This document shows, piece by piece, positions 61,618-64,000 of a stretch of 64,000 nucleotides of DNA; position 1 is the first letter of the stretch, and the number at the start of each line of letters is the position of its first letter. Both the position numbers and the translations under genes were made by a program. Source of the DNA: Octopus sinensis (lineage: Eukaryota); contig NC_043002.1 of the NCBI RefSeq assembly GCF_006345805.1, positions 84,816,001 to 84,880,000 of the forward strand, in the 5' to 3' direction. Under the pieces are notes generated by a model, which was not told the DNA's origin, did no database searches, and saw only the letters and a program-made list of their open reading frames with translations.

Positions 61618-61989
61618 TGTCTACTAAATACGACTTAAATCTTCAATGTGTTGCCGTCCATCATGAAGAAGTTTTGAATGCTTGCCATGGTGAGTCTACT
61701 ATCGTGAGAAAGAACCACTTCAAAACTTGGTGTTTAGGAATTTTCTTTTACATCAAGTTCAAAATTTTACGCCAGCCGTTAAACTGCCACTACGTTGCTG
61801 TCCGTCGTTAAGAAATGCCAGCCATGGTGACTCTACTATCCTCAGATTCTATCTCTTCAAACTTTGGTTTCCAATATTTTTTTATTTTTATTCAGCTCGC
61901 AAGTTCGTCAGTCCCTTTTAAATGTTAGTGTTTTGCTGTCTGCCTTGAAGCAAACCTTTCCGTTGTCACTGCCTGATATTTATGATTGA

Positions 61990-62244
61990 TCTTTCAAACT
62001 ACTTTCTTTCTCAACTTACTCAAGATCTTTTGTTGTTTATAAATGGGAGATAGATAGATAAAGATAGAGAGTAAGAGAAAGCGATGGAGAGTCCGAGAGA
62101 AAGGAAGTGTAAGAGAGTGGAAAAGTGAGAGAGAAAGGAGAGAGAAACAAAGAGGGAAAATGTGGTGATAAAAAACAGAAAGGAAGCAACAGAAAGTAAC
62201 AACCACACACTTACCCGCGCGTAGAGCGGGTCACCTTAGGCTAG
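61990..62244 (+). mobile_element. Possible non-autonomous Helitron
   Basis: 3' hairpin ACCCGC-GCGTAGA-GCGGGT (62213-62231) then CTAG|T (62241-62245); candidate 5' A|TC at 61989/61990 is a guess. Confidence 0.5.
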
Positions 62245-62430
62245 TTTTAACATAAAAACCTTTTATGGAGTCCCAAGGTTCGTATGAACTCCGGTTGAAA
62301 ATCGTTGATCAAGCTGACGTCTAAATTTGAAAAAAAAAAGATAAATAAAATAAAACAAGGTTTATTACTAAGTTGGAGATCGTCTCTTTGTCGGCAAGAA
62401 ATATGAAAAACACAAGCAATATATATATAT

Positions 62431-62549
62431 ATCACGTGATCACGTGACCGACCAGACCATCAGATGTTTTACACATCGCTGGTCACAATGCGTTCGCATT
62501 GTTTAGCCTTCGAATGACGCCACCCCCGCTGGCTAAGCGAGCAGGCCCA
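62431..62549 (-). mobile_element. ~120-bp structured repeat (family E), second copy
   Basis: Matches 35969-36091. Confidence 0.85.
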
Positions 62550-62599
62550 ATATAATATATATATATATATCTATATATATATATAATATATATATATAT

Positions 62600-62927
62600 A
62601 GTTAGTCCAAACAAGAAACACAAAAAAACACAAAAACGCGAGGATGTGGAACAAATATATTATTATTGGACGCTCAGGAAAGAAGGAAAGAAGGAGGGTT
62701 TAACGTTTCGAGCGGAGCTCTTCGTCGGAAACATAGGAGAAGGAAAGATCCAGAGAAGGGAAGACATGTATGTATGCATGTATGTATGTATGTATGTATG
62801 TATGTATGTACATATATATATAATATCACAAAAAAACAAAAGACGAAGACAGGTGGTGTTGACAACAAAACGATGTGTTATAGTATAACGCTCGGGAAGT
62901 GAAAAAGTCTTTAACGTTTCGAGCCTA
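62600..62927 (-). mobile_element. PLE-type terminal elements P1 (62600-62765, hammerhead-like fold at 62698-62732) and truncated P2 (62830-62927)
   Basis: Match 43095-43305 and 38262-38455 respectively. Confidence 0.75.
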
Positions 62928-62945
62928 CACACACACACACACATA

Positions 62946-63341
62946 TTTTTTTTTTACTTGTTTCAGTCATTTGACTGCGGCCATGCTGGAGCACCGCCTT
63001 TAGTCGAGCAAATCGACCCCGGGACTTATTCTTTGTAAGCCCAGTACTTATTCTATTGGTCTCTTTTGCCGAACCGCTAGATGACGGAGACGTAAACACA
63101 CCAGCATCGGTTGTCAAGCAATGCTAGGGGGACAAACATATACGCACACATACAAACATATATATATATATACATATATACAACAGGCTTCTTTCAGTTT
63201 TCGTCTACCAAATCCACTCACAAGGCATTGGTCGGCCCGTGGCTATAGCAGAAGACACTTGCCCAAGATGCCACACAATGGGACTGAACCTGGAACCATG
63301 TGGTTGGTAAGCAAGCTACTTACCACACAGCTACTCCTGCG

Positions 63342-63343
<2 letters not shown>
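62946..63343 (-). mobile_element. SINE family A, full length
   Basis: Complete head, core and tail motifs. Confidence 0.95.
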
Positions 63344-63380
<37 letters not shown>

Positions 63381-64000
63381 ATAAGATAATAAAGAATAAG
63401 ATTGAATATGTAAATATTGAGAATGAGGCCATCATTGTATGGTGTATAAAACCTCCATCACTGACTATTACATTCCGAATTGTCTTAAGCACTATGTTTT
63501 TACGGGCCTAGTACAAGATATGGATGCAAAGTAGTACAGGTCTAAGACTATTATGCGTATATTGCCTTCCTATGGAATATGATAGAATTGTGGAAACAAT
63601 ATATAATGTCACATGTGAGATGAACTGTCCTAAAGAATAACAAAATTCATTGATCTTGAACATATATCTTCTTGCAAGAAGAATTTTAAGAACATAGGCA
63701 AAGCTTCTAGATCTGTTTAAAATATGTGTATGATATTTTTTTTATTAGTTAGTCAGTGAGGAAACAGCATTTATGGTCATTGCAGAGCCCCCCAACTGAA
63801 ATGGACATCTATAGTTCAATTTGGATTAGAAACACGTGAGTTAGGGGGAAATAAAATCTGGTTTGAATGCTTGGAACAAATTCAACTTTACTAAGGGTAA
63901 CCAACTGTCAGATTGTCGTGTTAAACCACACCGCCTACGTATATCTTGGAAAGCCTGTATTTTTGTTGCAGTCAATACAGTTTTAACAAGCAGATGTAAA

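Overview
This is a repeat-saturated, AT-rich eukaryotic window. The SINE families and the compound (TA)n/(ATAC)n/(AAT)n microsatellites point to an Octopus-type cephalopod genome (inference). I cannot support any host protein-coding exon, tRNA gene, rRNA or CRISPR array, and almost all ORFs in the supplied track are microsatellite read-throughs. The window is a mosaic of mobile DNA. There are at least four tRNA-headed SINE families (more than 30 copies or fragments), three mariner transposase relics plus Tc1/mariner MITEs, and a Charlie/SPIN-type hAT relic nested in an RTE LINE and itself carrying a Merlin-like MITE. Also present are RTE, CR1-like and R4/Dong-like (restriction-like endonuclease, RLE) LINE fragments, Helitron/Helentron-type non-autonomous elements, several Penelope-like elements (PLEs) and one 100-N scaffold gap (54230-54329). 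The most interesting signal is absent from the ORF track: six minimal type I hammerhead ribozyme folds from five unrelated sequence families. All have self-complementary helix III and most carry core variants (U3-A8, A6U, U4C, A9 variant). One lies in a PLE with a readable RT-thumb/GIY-YIG ORF and one in a ~553-bp head-to-tail, retrozyme-like unit. A second theme is RLE LINEs and non-coding partners confined to specific microsatellites, (AAT)n and (ACAT)n. Folds and alignments were done by eye and need computational and biochemical confirmation.
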